A program made the position numbers and the translations under genes. Below, piece by piece: positions 44,305-53,995 of a DNA stretch of 63,684 nucleotides. The notes under the pieces were generated by a model. It searched no databases. It was not told where the DNA came from and saw only the letters and a program-made list of their open reading frames with translations. The stretch comes from Angustibacter luteus (GTDB lineage Bacteria; Actinomycetota; Actinomycetes; Actinomycetales; Angustibacteraceae), in NCBI RefSeq assembly GCF_039541115.1, contig NZ_BAABFP010000008.1, positions 558,001-621,684 of the forward strand. The letters are read 5' to 3'. Position 1 is the stretch's first letter; every line of letters begins with the position of its first letter.

Positions 44305-44785
44305 TCGATCTGACCAGATCCAAACCCTGGCTGGTGGTTCTGGAACCGGTCCTCCCCAGCACAGATCCAGAGCATCTTGCTCACGCCTCGTCCTGCATGG
44401 TTGTGCCTGTCCTGCCCACCACCTGCCCACCACCTGCCCCCTGGACAGCCGAGCGGGATGCCACCCATCCCCATGACCTGGGGTTGCTAAAACGGCCGCC
44501 CACCCCCACCACCTACTGTGCCTACAGAAGTATTCTCCCGGTATCGCCGGGCGGCCGTCACGGGCAGATCTGGCAACCCCCACTTGCCGGGGATGCCGGC
44601 GTCCCGGGCTGACGCGCCGGGCCTTGCAGTTGTGGAATGGGCGGTCGTCTCTCCTGCTCGCCGACCACGCCTCAGGGCTCACGGTTCGACGGACCTCGAA
44701 TCGGTCGACGCCGGTTGACTGAATTGAGCCACGACACAGCCGCTCATGGCACTAACCTCGCCAGAGCCAGGAGCGAGGAGGCACG

Positions 44786-45397
44786 ATGGCGACAGGCTGG
44801 CGCAAGAAGTGCGACTCGTATCAGGTGTTCGAGAAGAACATGAGGCGATCGCGTGCGTTCCTCAGGTTGTTTGAGGGGGCGGAGAAGCGATCGCCGGGCG
44901 CGCCGAAGGCGGACGAGCGCGAGCTGCTCCGCGGGGCGGTCGTGTTCTCTGTTGGCGCACTGGACAACTTCATGCACGAGCTCATCCTGGAGCTCGTGTC
45001 GAAGTTCGGCGGTGACAAGGCCCAGATGCGTGAGCCTCTCCGGTCAATCGCCAGGGATGACCCTGGCCTCAGCCTTCGGGTGGCTCTGGCGAGGGACGAG
45101 ACGTCCCGCGAGCAGGAGTTCCGGTCCGCGCTGGAGGGTTGGCTCGAGTCCAAGTCGTTCCACGGCGTGGAGAAGGTCAAGTCTGCGGCGTCCATGGCCG
45201 GGCTCCGGTTTCCCACCGGGCTCCCCGCCGGGTGGGAGGGAACACTTACGGCCTTCACCGAGGACCGGCACCAAATCGTTCACCGCGGCCAGGCGCCCGC
45301 GTACACCCGTGCCAAGGCCACCGAGTGCGTGGACCTCATCGCATTGATCGGCCAACGCATCAATGCCGAGGCGATCAAGGTCTACAACGCGGCCTAA
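44786..45397 (+). CDS. HEPN-domain protein (putative RNase)
   Basis: RHQIVH (RX4H) motif; LRGAVVFSVGALDNF helix typical of standalone HEPN proteins. Confidence 0.7.
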   Translation: MATGWRKKCDSYQVFEKNMRRSRAFLRLFEGAEKRSPGAPKADERELLRGAVVFSVGALDNFMHELILELVSKFGGDKAQMREPLRSIARDDPGLSLRVALARDETSREQEFRSALEGWLESKSFHGVEKVKSAASMAGLRFPTGLPAGWEGTLTAFTEDRHQIVHRGQAPAYTRAKATECVDLIALIGQRINAEAIKVYNAA

Positions 45398-45807
45398 GCC
45401 GCCCGGACTGCGGCCTCGACGCGGTCGGCGATGTCCTCCACGGGCTCGTGTTCCCAGACCCGGATGACCGTCCAACCCTCCAGGAGGAGGAGGCCGTCAA
45501 CGAGCGCGTCCCGCTCCCGGTTTCGGGCGATCTTCGGCGCCCAGTAGCCGGTGTTGGTCCGGGGTTCCTTGTAATGCTCTGGGCAGCCGTGCCAGTAGCA
45601 GCCGTCGACGAAGACGGCCACCCGTGCTCGCGTGAACACCACGTCGGCTGTGTAGCGGGCCGACGCCAGCGGTCGGTGGCACACGCGGAACCGCAGGCCG
45701 CGACGGTAGAGCTCGGACCGGAGGCGAAGTTCCGGCTTCGTGTCCCGCCGGGTGTTCGCCTGCATGTTTCTCCGCCGGCCCGGGTTGAGCGCCCACGATG
45801 CCGTCAC
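45394..45807 (-). CDS. vsr: Very short patch repair endonuclease
   Basis: NMQAN..RDTKPE, FVDGCYWHGC and W..IRVWEHE motifs. Confidence 0.93.
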   Translation of the reverse strand: MTASWALNPGRRRNMQANTRRDTKPELRLRSELYRRGLRFRVCHRPLASARYTADVVFTRARVAVFVDGCYWHGCPEHYKEPRTNTGYWAPKIARNRERDALVDGLLLLEGWTVIRVWEHEPVEDIADRVEAAVRAA

Positions 45808-45823
45808 AGGGTCGAGGCTACGA

Positions 45824-46603
45824 CTATTCGTCGCCGATGATGTCGTCGATCGCCTCGAGCATCCGCTCCTTCTCCGACGGGCGGAGCTTGAGCACACGGT
45901 CGTAGGCCAGGTCCAACTTCGAGCGCGACCTACGACCCGCAGCCATCCAGTTCCGCACGTCCCTCAGCTCGGCCCTCTTGAGGGCGCGCACGGCGGGCAG
46001 GACCTCGTCGAAGTCCTCGGGGTCCGGGAGGACGTCGCGCGCGGCCTCGTTGTGGTGGGCGCACTCGGTCTGGAGGTCGTCCGGGCTGGCGCCGCCGCGT
46101 CTCGCCCCGGGGACTCGGTGCCCGATCGTCATCCGTGCGAAGGAACCAGGTTCACCGGGGTACTCTTCGCCGGCCCCAACGCCGCAGACGACGCACCGTC
46201 GGCCGTCGCGCTCGATCACGACCTTCTCGGTGAGCTTGGACACCTTGTCCCGGGGATTGCGCTCTCCCAGCCAGACGCGCGTGCCGACGGCCTCCAGGCG
46301 GTAGGTGTTCGGCGGAAGACTGTGGTCGTCCTTGTAGGACCTAATGATCCAGTCGTCGGGCCGGAGGGCGCGCAGCCTGCGGTTGAGCTGCTCGGCGTCG
46401 TCCGCTACGCCATCAGTGCCCAGCCCCTCGCGCAGTTCCCGCATCGTGAACCGGTCCCCGACCTCTGCCTCGAAGTAGAGGTAGGCCGCCAACCGCTTCT
46501 CGCCACCGTAAGGCTGCCATTTGGTGCCGGGGGTTAGCTTGAGGTGCCACCACAGCGTGCCGTCGGGGGACTCTGGGCCGTCGGTCTTGTATTGCTGCTT
46601 CAC
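45824..46603 (-). CDS. HNH endonuclease, putative type II restriction enzyme (KpnI-like architecture)
   Basis: N-terminal wHTH-like RRLRALR..W.I.SY; CVVC...GH.VP...LQTECAHHN. Confidence 0.7.
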   Translation of the reverse strand: MKQQYKTDGPESPDGTLWWHLKLTPGTKWQPYGGEKRLAAYLYFEAEVGDRFTMRELREGLGTDGVADDAEQLNRRLRALRPDDWIIRSYKDDHSLPPNTYRLEAVGTRVWLGERNPRDKVSKLTEKVVIERDGRRCVVCGVGAGEEYPGEPGSFARMTIGHRVPGARRGGASPDDLQTECAHHNEAARDVLPDPEDFDEVLPAVRALKRAELRDVRNWMAAGRRSRSKLDLAYDRVLKLRPSEKERMLEAIDDIIGDE

Positions 46604-46650
46604 GTGACCAAATGATTGCAGAGAGCAACCGGGGGGCGCAGCAGAACGAC

Positions 46651-47595
46651 CTATTTCGACGCCTCCAGCGCGGCCGCGATTCTCCGGCCGACTGCCTCGG
46701 CAACGGGCGGCGGGAAGGCGTTCCCGACTTGGCGGTAGGCGGCGGTCTTGCGGCCGGCGAAACGCCAGTCGGTTGGGAAGCCCTGCACTGCCGCTGCCAT
46801 CCTGACGGTGAGCCGGGGGAGACCTTTGAAGCCGGGCGCTGGGGGGCCGTCTGCGATGCCCATGCCGTCGACGCCAAGGTCCCGCCAGGCCGCTTTCGCT
46901 CGCGTCGGACCGACGTCCGCGCCGCCGTGCTTCTTCGAGCCACCGACCAGCGCGGGTGCGATGCCCTGGGCCTTCTTGGCCCAGTCGCCGGCGCCCTCCC
47001 AGAGCAGTTCCCCCATCAGCGGTTCGAGGAGTTCGCCGACGGTCACCATCACACCGTCAGGTTCCGGCCAGGTGAAGTGCGTGGCCGCCTGGGGCTTCAT
47101 CAGCACCAGGATCGCCCGAGGCCTTGACTGCGGCACCCCGTAGTCGGCGGAGTTGAGCAGCTCCCAGCCGCAGTACTCGTAGCCGAGCTCCTCGAACTCC
47201 GCCACGATCTCGGCCCGGTACGCGTCGAACTTCTTTCCCAGAAGACCACGTACGTTTTCGATCATGACTGCCTGCGGATCGAGTTCACGTGCGAGGCGGA
47301 CCATTTCCGGGAACAGGTCGCGCTCGTCCTCGCGTCCAAGTTGCTTTCCCGCCAGGCTGAACGGGGGGCAAGGCACCCCCCCGGCCAAAAGCGTCACGCC
47401 ACGAAGGTCGCCTGCAGGCGTCCACTCGCGGACGTTGCCCTCGAGGACATCCCACTGGGGGCGGTTGTCACGGAGCGTGGCGCAGGCATGGGCATCAATC
47501 TCGACGCACGCCAAGTGGTCGAACCCTGCCCGCTCCAGCCCGAGAGCCTGTCCCCCAGCTCCGGCGCATACTTCGACGGATGTGTACCTGCTCAC
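46651..47595 (-). CDS. DNA (cytosine-5) methyltransferase, M.NgoMIV/M.NaeI-like
   Basis: AGAGG, GGVPCPPFS, ENV, QSRPR and RQVGNA motifs; TRD VGGSKKHGGADVGPTRAK. Confidence 0.93.
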   Translation of the reverse strand: MSRYTSVEVCAGAGGQALGLERAGFDHLACVEIDAHACATLRDNRPQWDVLEGNVREWTPAGDLRGVTLLAGGVPCPPFSLAGKQLGREDERDLFPEMVRLARELDPQAVMIENVRGLLGKKFDAYRAEIVAEFEELGYEYCGWELLNSADYGVPQSRPRAILVLMKPQAATHFTWPEPDGVMVTVGELLEPLMGELLWEGAGDWAKKAQGIAPALVGGSKKHGGADVGPTRAKAAWRDLGVDGMGIADGPPAPGFKGLPRLTVRMAAAVQGFPTDWRFAGRKTAAYRQVGNAFPPPVAEAVGRRIAAALEASK

Positions 47596-47839
47596 TACGT
47601 GGTCCTCTGGCTAGTCTGCGGAGGCGGGAAGCCGTAGACAGGATTTCATCACAGAGCGCCGACACTCCTGCGACACCACGCTGGATGGACTCGAACGTAT
47701 GAACGAACAGCCGGGCGACCGACCTCCTGCACCCTGCTCAGGGACGGGCCGGCGCCCCCGCCCCCGTCCTACCGCAACTCGGGTGCCGTAGCTGTTGCTG
47801 TGCGGGGTCGACGCCGTTTCGGCGGAGCGACTAGTGATC

Positions 47840-50587
47840 TCACTCGAGCGCAACCTCCTTGCAGTGGTTGCGTACTGGACAGCTGCGGCAGGTCGCCGCA
47901 TCGTCGATGCCCGCCGGCAGGAATCGCCCGGGGGTGGGAGCGATAGCCGAAGCACTCGGACTCGCGCGAGTTGAGGCTGCCTTGTAGGCCCGGTCCAGTG
48001 GCCGCGACCCAGACTTGGACCCGGCGAGCGTGAACAGCCATTCTGGATCAGCAGAACGCGACCCCTGAGGCTTGATCACTGCGCGGTCGACGGAACTCCC
48101 GCGCTGACCCGGCGTGAGAAACGGCCAAAGCCGGTTGGCAAGGGCGCTCGCGGCCAGCTCGTTGTTGACGAAACCAAGTCGCACGAGCGCGTTCCTCATG
48201 TTGCCGTAGAGCATGAGTAGATGGTGGGCCGCTTGAAACGCGGCCGTCGGACCCACTGCCCACTGAAGCGCGAACCTGCGTGGGCACGCCTGCCCTGCCC
48301 CTGCCGCGCGGGGGTCTATCTCTGCAACGGCCAGGTCCAAGCTCGCGGCGTCACAGTGAGCGTCCACGGTGAGCGGTCGCGCTGTGAGCGGTGGGAGGTC
48401 GGACCCCGGAGCCACGATCTCCGAAGGTAGGCCACCGGCTCGCTGACGTACGGCTGGACTGTCGTAGTCGGGGACGGTGAGAAGCGTGACAAGTGGCGAC
48501 GCGTTTTGAAGCTCTCCACCTACCCTTGCGATCCAACTGAGGGTCACCCCGCCGGTTTGCTCCACGCCATCAAGCCCTAGCCATAGCAAGTACAGATCGC
48601 CCAGTGCACCAAGTTCGGCCCGCGCCTCCAAGATCTCCAGCGTGGCTGCCGCCATGGTCGGGGAACGGCGCAGGTCTTCGAGGCGAAGCGGCCACCCGAC
48701 ACTTGGCCCGCGACTGGGAAAGGTGGTGGCACTAAGGTTCGCCAGGTGCACATCGCCAGGTGTTCGGGCAAAGCCAAGGGCATCAAGCCCGCGGAGCTCG
48801 CGGACGCCTGTAGCATCCGGGCGTCCGTCATCTTCGAACTCGACGTGCCGCCCGAGCAGCATGGTGACAACGTCGATGAGGCCGTCGGCGTCCAGCTCGA
48901 AGTCGGGTCCGCCAGTCAAGCCCTGAAGCTTCTGGCGGATGCTCTGCTGCTCGGCCCGCGGGACGCCGCGCATCCCGCGTTCAAGATGACCGTTGAGGAA
49001 TGTGACATGCTCGCGCAGCGAGACTCGCTCCCTGCTCGCCACTCGCCCCGCAAGCTGCAGAACGGTTTCGACTACGCCCTCCACCGATCTGGCCTCATCT
49101 ACGGTTAGGTCGGCCCAGGGCACGAGCCGCAGCGGATTTGACGCAGCGGTTTGCCAGCGCGCTACATCGCTTTCGGTCCCAGCCCTAGATCCGTGCGTCG
49201 CGACGTCACCGATGACCAGCGCGGTGAGCAACCGGGCTCGTTCCCGCCAGGACGTATCAGTACTGCAACCTTGAAAGAACGGGGTTGCGCGGCGCAGCAC
49301 GCCAACGAGGTCGGCAGCGTTGCTTCCACCGTCAACGTCCAGGAAGCCCGTCGAAGCCATGTCCAGCAAGTCTTCAGACGCAAGCCTGATGAGTGGGAGA
49401 CCGGTCTGGACCGGTTCTATGCAGCGGTGCAGGGCGAGCAGAAATATGCCCACCGGCAACTGTGCGAGATCGACGGTGCCGTCAGCTGCTTCAGTTCCCA
49501 GCCGTCGAATGAACCTGTCAACTTGGGCTGCCTGAGCTGCGTAGAGCGTTCCTCCCAGAGACTCAGCATTTTCTATCGACTCTCGGGTCAACTGCTTGAC
49601 CAACTCGGTGGGGCTGGCGCACTCAAGCACCCGGACCTTGCCGACCACGGCGTTGGAGTCAACGGGCTCGCCACGCAGAGCGTCTTCGAACGCAATCGCG
49701 GCTGGTGTGGGGGCGTCCCGCAAGGAGTCGACGTGGACCGGGCGCGGCATGTCCCAGGAGGTCGTAAAAAACCTACGCCAACTTTCGAACACCTCTGAGT
49801 GCTGGTCGTCGTGGACGACAAAACACTGATCAACGTACGAAAGCTCCCGGAGGAGCTGAAACAGTGCCCACTGCGGCGGAGTGAAGAAGTAGAAGCCGTG
49901 GTGGATCACCTGAATCCTCTGCGTTCCTGTGACAGGGAACAAGTGACGCAGGGCGCGATCCATTCGGTCTGCTAGCGCTCGCGCATCGGGATCCGCCTGC
50001 TTCCGAAACCGGTCAGGGTCGATCCAAAGATCGTCCCGCGTTGCGGTCAGGCCAGGGACATGGGTCTCGATGTCCTCCCAAGCGCGAACTGCGAGATTTG
50101 CGGTGGGATCTTGGGGCGTCACCTCGCTTGGATGGACTCCGGACGCCGCCAGGGTGACAACGGTGCGAGTGAACTCCCTCCGCCCACGCGTCACGACCCT
50201 GTACTGCTCGGGGGAGGCGTGCTCCCTACAGTAGGCCCTCAGTCTGTCTTCGAGCTGAATGTATTGCTGGATCCGGAGGCCTGACGCCCGGTCCTGCCAG
50301 GCGCTCATTTTCTCGCCGTAGCGCTTGGGGGAACTGAGTTCCGATGGGCTTGGCAGACCGTCGACTCTTAGTTCTTCGCCGCCCGCAAGCTTCGGCATCA
50401 CGATGGCGTCGATAAGCGTTGCGATGGGCAGAGCGACTGCTCCGCGCTCGCGTATCGCGCTCGCGAGGGTGGTTGTCGCCGTGACGTGCGCGGATTCGTT
50501 CCAGACGATCCCGCGCTCGGCCAGCGCCGCACGTACGATCGGGCCGCGCACCGAGTCGAAAGCGAGTGCTTCCCAATTGCCCATCAA
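47840..50587 (-). CDS. AddB/RecC-like inactive helicase-fold protein with a C-terminal 4-Cys motif
   Basis: HGFYFFTPPQ, LANLSATTFP, DLYLLWLGL..VTLSW, CPRRF and CRSCPVRNHC motifs. Confidence 0.65.
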   Translation of the reverse strand: MMGNWEALAFDSVRGPIVRAALAERGIVWNESAHVTATTTLASAIRERGAVALPIATLIDAIVMPKLAGGEELRVDGLPSPSELSSPKRYGEKMSAWQDRASGLRIQQYIQLEDRLRAYCREHASPEQYRVVTRGRREFTRTVVTLAASGVHPSEVTPQDPTANLAVRAWEDIETHVPGLTATRDDLWIDPDRFRKQADPDARALADRMDRALRHLFPVTGTQRIQVIHHGFYFFTPPQWALFQLLRELSYVDQCFVVHDDQHSEVFESWRRFFTTSWDMPRPVHVDSLRDAPTPAAIAFEDALRGEPVDSNAVVGKVRVLECASPTELVKQLTRESIENAESLGGTLYAAQAAQVDRFIRRLGTEAADGTVDLAQLPVGIFLLALHRCIEPVQTGLPLIRLASEDLLDMASTGFLDVDGGSNAADLVGVLRRATPFFQGCSTDTSWRERARLLTALVIGDVATHGSRAGTESDVARWQTAASNPLRLVPWADLTVDEARSVEGVVETVLQLAGRVASRERVSLREHVTFLNGHLERGMRGVPRAEQQSIRQKLQGLTGGPDFELDADGLIDVVTMLLGRHVEFEDDGRPDATGVRELRGLDALGFARTPGDVHLANLSATTFPSRGPSVGWPLRLEDLRRSPTMAAATLEILEARAELGALGDLYLLWLGLDGVEQTGGVTLSWIARVGGELQNASPLVTLLTVPDYDSPAVRQRAGGLPSEIVAPGSDLPPLTARPLTVDAHCDAASLDLAVAEIDPRAAGAGQACPRRFALQWAVGPTAAFQAAHHLLMLYGNMRNALVRLGFVNNELAASALANRLWPFLTPGQRGSSVDRAVIKPQGSRSADPEWLFTLAGSKSGSRPLDRAYKAASTRASPSASAIAPTPGRFLPAGIDDAATCRSCPVRNHCKEVALE

Positions 50588-53500
50588 TGGCTCCCTAGGT
50601 TAATCAGGTCCAGCCAGGAGTCTGGGCGAGGAGGGGCAGGTCGATTTTGGCGCGGAACAAGAACGGTCAGTTGATCCTTCGCACGCGTCAGGGCTACGTA
50701 GAGCAGGCGCGCCTCCTCGCGGGAGGTCTCCAGGTCGTCATCTGCCCAGGCCCGCGTGTCCGCGTTCGGAACGTTCGAGATCGAAGGGTTCTTTACACGC
50801 CATTCCCAAAGCAGGCGGGGCAGCTCGCCGTCCTTGCGGAGCACCGCCACGCGGGAACTCGCACGGCGGGGTGGCCCAAAACTGGTGGCAACGTAGGGAA
50901 TGAGAACTCGATCGAACTCCAGTCCCTTCGCCTTGTGCACGGTAAGCGCCGTCGTAGTTGCTAGCAGCCGGTCGTTATCGACGGGCTCATCCTCCAATCG
51001 GTTCGTCGCGATCTGGAGTTTCAGCCATGCCAGGATTCGCTCCAAGGTCGTGGACCCGTCCTGGTACTGGAGGTCCATCAGTGTGACCAGGTGGTCCAGG
51101 CAGGCTGCGTATCGCACACGCTCAGTTACATCGTCCGGCCCCGGCAGCACTGACGCGGCGGGCGCGAACGACCGTACGCATTCGATCACCCATGCCAGCG
51201 CAGGCATTCGGCGCGACAGGTCCAGAAGCGCTCGTAGCCTGTCGTGGACCGGCCGAAGGTCCGTCAAGTCGAGGGAACCCGTCGAGGCGAGAGTTGATAG
51301 GCGCGACTGCCAGTCAAGGAGCGCTGGGACGGGGTCCGTCCAGTCGCGGGCTCTGATGCCCCTCGGTGGCTCGCCAGCCAGGATGCCGGCAGCCCAGCGG
51401 GACTCGCAGAGTTCGAGCGTCGGACCAGCGGCATCCGGCTGGGTAACCGCCTCCAATAGCACGCGGAGTTCACGAACCGCTGGCGATGTATAGAAGCTGC
51501 CGCCCACGAGCAGCTCACAAGCCCCCCCTCGGTCGCGGACCTGGGATTGAACTTCGACCGCCTGCCAGTTGTTTCGGCACAGGATGGCGATGCTTGCTTG
51601 GGGGTGGGTTTCCCGCCACTCGAGGGCCAACGCCGCCGCTTCCGCTGCCGCCTGGGCAGGGCGAACTGGGCGCTTCGCCAGGGGCTGGCTCCTGTCGCTG
51701 CCAACGTTGCTCGGACGCAGCCGGTCCCGATCGCTGTAATCGAGGAGGCGATCCTGCGCCCAGGACGTGAAGAGCGGATGCAACGACTCCAGCAGACGTG
51801 GGCCGGATCGGAAGTTGGTGCTTAGCGAGAAGGGACGGAGAGCTTGCATCCCGCTAGCTCGCACTCGCCGCTCTAGCTCCCTGAATGCGCTGCCCTCCGC
51901 GCCTCGGAAGCGGTAGATGCCTTGCTTGGCATCTCCAACAACAAACAGACTTGCGTCAAGCCTTCTCGCGACCTCGATGATCAAGTCCATCTGCGCGGAA
52001 TCTGTGTCCTGGAATTCGTCAACAAAGAGAAACCTGGGTCTGCGGACCGGCGGATCGCTTTGCGCTCGGAGGGCGGCCAACGCGAGCGGGACCAGCTGTC
52101 CTGTGCTCACGACTTGTTCACGCAACGCATGCTCGGACATCGAGCGCGACACCTCACAGATCGCTGAGGTAACCGCATTACAGATCTGTGCCGGAAGGTC
52201 AGAACCGTCGAGCCCACCAAGGTCCACAGCGTCCGCGAGGCTGGCGTCGGGCTCATACGAAATGACGGGAACGCCGTTGTTCTCCAGCGCGTCCCAGACC
52301 TGCCGAAGGTGGTTTTGCCACTCATAGCTGGCTGGCACCTGTCTGTTGCTATAGGCGGTCACCAGGTCGGCGAGCTGTCGCGAGAGTGCTTGATCCACCA
52401 GATCGCGAAACTCCATGGTCAGCCTAGACACTGCCGATTCTGGACCGAATCCCACGGCCGCGCCGCCCGCCAGGGCGAGGCTCTTCGCGTAGGAATGGAT
52501 GGTGCCGATCTCCGCGGTTGCCAACTGAAGCATCCAGGCAACGACCGGCAGCACGCAGCGTCTCGATAGGCGCCGACGCAACAGCAAGGTGCGGGCAATT
52601 CGATGACGCATCTCCAGCGCGGCTTCCCGAGTGAACGTCATGAGCACAACGTCGTCGGCGCGCAGATTCCGGCGTTGAGCGTCGAGGGCGCCTGAACATT
52701 CCGACGTGGCGAGCAGAAAGAGAATGCGCTCTGACATCGTCTCGGTCTTGCCAGTGCCCGCTCCGGCTGTCACAAGGACGTTTGCGTCCGGGTCGGCATG
52801 AACGATGCGGTACTGACCGACGTTGATCTGTCCCGTTGCGTCGGCGGCTTGAAGTGCCGCCGAGAACGCCGCGTCGTTCTCACTAGGGAGCTGTCCGTCG
52901 ACAACCCAGCATCCCTCGACTGCGGCGGCTTCTGTCACGACGGCGCATTCCAGCATTCGGCTCTCCCTGAACGCCTGGTAGTCATCGTCTGAAAGCGAGT
53001 GGGTAACGGACCTCGGGGTTACAACGAAGACGCGAATACCGTATTGCAGCAGTCCGAGCACATCGTCCCAAGCGGGTGCCCCCGCGCCCAACCAAAGCAC
53101 CGAGTACCTCGGCAGAACCGGGAGGCCAAGAGATTGGCGCAGTACGTCCAGGCCCGTACTTGGATCTTGGTTTAGCACGGTGGCGGCGCGACTTGCAGAG
53201 TCGCGAAGCGGCTCGCTGGTCTCCGGTACTCGCTGAGGGCGGCGCGAGCGTAGCGCGCGCTCCACAGGCGCGAAGTCGGAGAACTCCAGGGGAGGCCCCT
53301 CTCCCTCGGCCGGCATCAGAGGATCAGGAAGGGGCCCTTCGGCTGGCGGGGGCACTTGCGGGCCCCGGACCGCCGTCATAGCGGAAACCGGCCAGACAAA
53401 GGCATCAACCTCAAGGCCGCCTTGGCCTGTGCGACGCGCGCGTCGGCCGGCGTCCCGCAATTCCCGGACCTCGGCACGAAGCCAACGACCGTCGGTCAGA

Positions 53501-53859
53501 GCGCTAGCCGCTTCGTAGAGGACGATCCAGACGCGTGTACCGCCTGCTTCCGCCGTCGCCAGATAGTCGCGATATGCAGCCGCCTCCATCCAATGGGACC
53601 GCTCGCCTGTGAAGGGGTCGACCTCCGACCGAGTTCGAAACGTCACTTCCCAATAAGCCGATTGCCCAGCCTTCGTGGTGTGAAGGTCTGGGGACCGCAT
53701 GCGGTGAGGTCCAGCCCCGACCAAGGGGGCTTGAGCGTTCGGCGTGTTATTGGTCGCCTCCCCGAGGCGCGTGACGAGGTAACCGTCAGCGAGAAGCCAC
53801 CTGGACCACGCGATCTCGCAACGTCGCCAGTGACTGTCGTCCTCCAGGTCGACCGCCAT
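50584..53859 (-). CDS. UvrD/AddA-like SF1A helicase with an N-terminal PD-(D/E)xK-like domain
   Basis: AGAGTGKT, TFTREAA, TIHS, DEFQD, GDAKQGIYRFRGA, NFRS, TVHKAKGLEF and LYVALTRAK motifs. Confidence 0.9.
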   Translation of the reverse strand: MAVDLEDDSHWRRCEIAWSRWLLADGYLVTRLGEATNNTPNAQAPLVGAGPHRMRSPDLHTTKAGQSAYWEVTFRTRSEVDPFTGERSHWMEAAAYRDYLATAEAGGTRVWIVLYEAASALTDGRWLRAEVRELRDAGRRARRTGQGGLEVDAFVWPVSAMTAVRGPQVPPPAEGPLPDPLMPAEGEGPPLEFSDFAPVERALRSRRPQRVPETSEPLRDSASRAATVLNQDPSTGLDVLRQSLGLPVLPRYSVLWLGAGAPAWDDVLGLLQYGIRVFVVTPRSVTHSLSDDDYQAFRESRMLECAVVTEAAAVEGCWVVDGQLPSENDAAFSAALQAADATGQINVGQYRIVHADPDANVLVTAGAGTGKTETMSERILFLLATSECSGALDAQRRNLRADDVVLMTFTREAALEMRHRIARTLLLRRRLSRRCVLPVVAWMLQLATAEIGTIHSYAKSLALAGGAAVGFGPESAVSRLTMEFRDLVDQALSRQLADLVTAYSNRQVPASYEWQNHLRQVWDALENNGVPVISYEPDASLADAVDLGGLDGSDLPAQICNAVTSAICEVSRSMSEHALREQVVSTGQLVPLALAALRAQSDPPVRRPRFLFVDEFQDTDSAQMDLIIEVARRLDASLFVVGDAKQGIYRFRGAEGSAFRELERRVRASGMQALRPFSLSTNFRSGPRLLESLHPLFTSWAQDRLLDYSDRDRLRPSNVGSDRSQPLAKRPVRPAQAAAEAAALALEWRETHPQASIAILCRNNWQAVEVQSQVRDRGGACELLVGGSFYTSPAVRELRVLLEAVTQPDAAGPTLELCESRWAAGILAGEPPRGIRARDWTDPVPALLDWQSRLSTLASTGSLDLTDLRPVHDRLRALLDLSRRMPALAWVIECVRSFAPAASVLPGPDDVTERVRYAACLDHLVTLMDLQYQDGSTTLERILAWLKLQIATNRLEDEPVDNDRLLATTTALTVHKAKGLEFDRVLIPYVATSFGPPRRASSRVAVLRKDGELPRLLWEWRVKNPSISNVPNADTRAWADDDLETSREEARLLYVALTRAKDQLTVLVPRQNRPAPPRPDSWLDLINLGSH

Positions 53860-53995
53860 CCTGATCCTTTCAGCCTCGGAAAGCTCACGGCCCTCCTGCG
53901 ACTCCGAGCATGCTCGGCACAGTCGCAGATCCAGGGATCCCTAATCTCTAGGCTCATACTGCCGAACTTTGGGGCAGACGATGGAGAACTAACCC

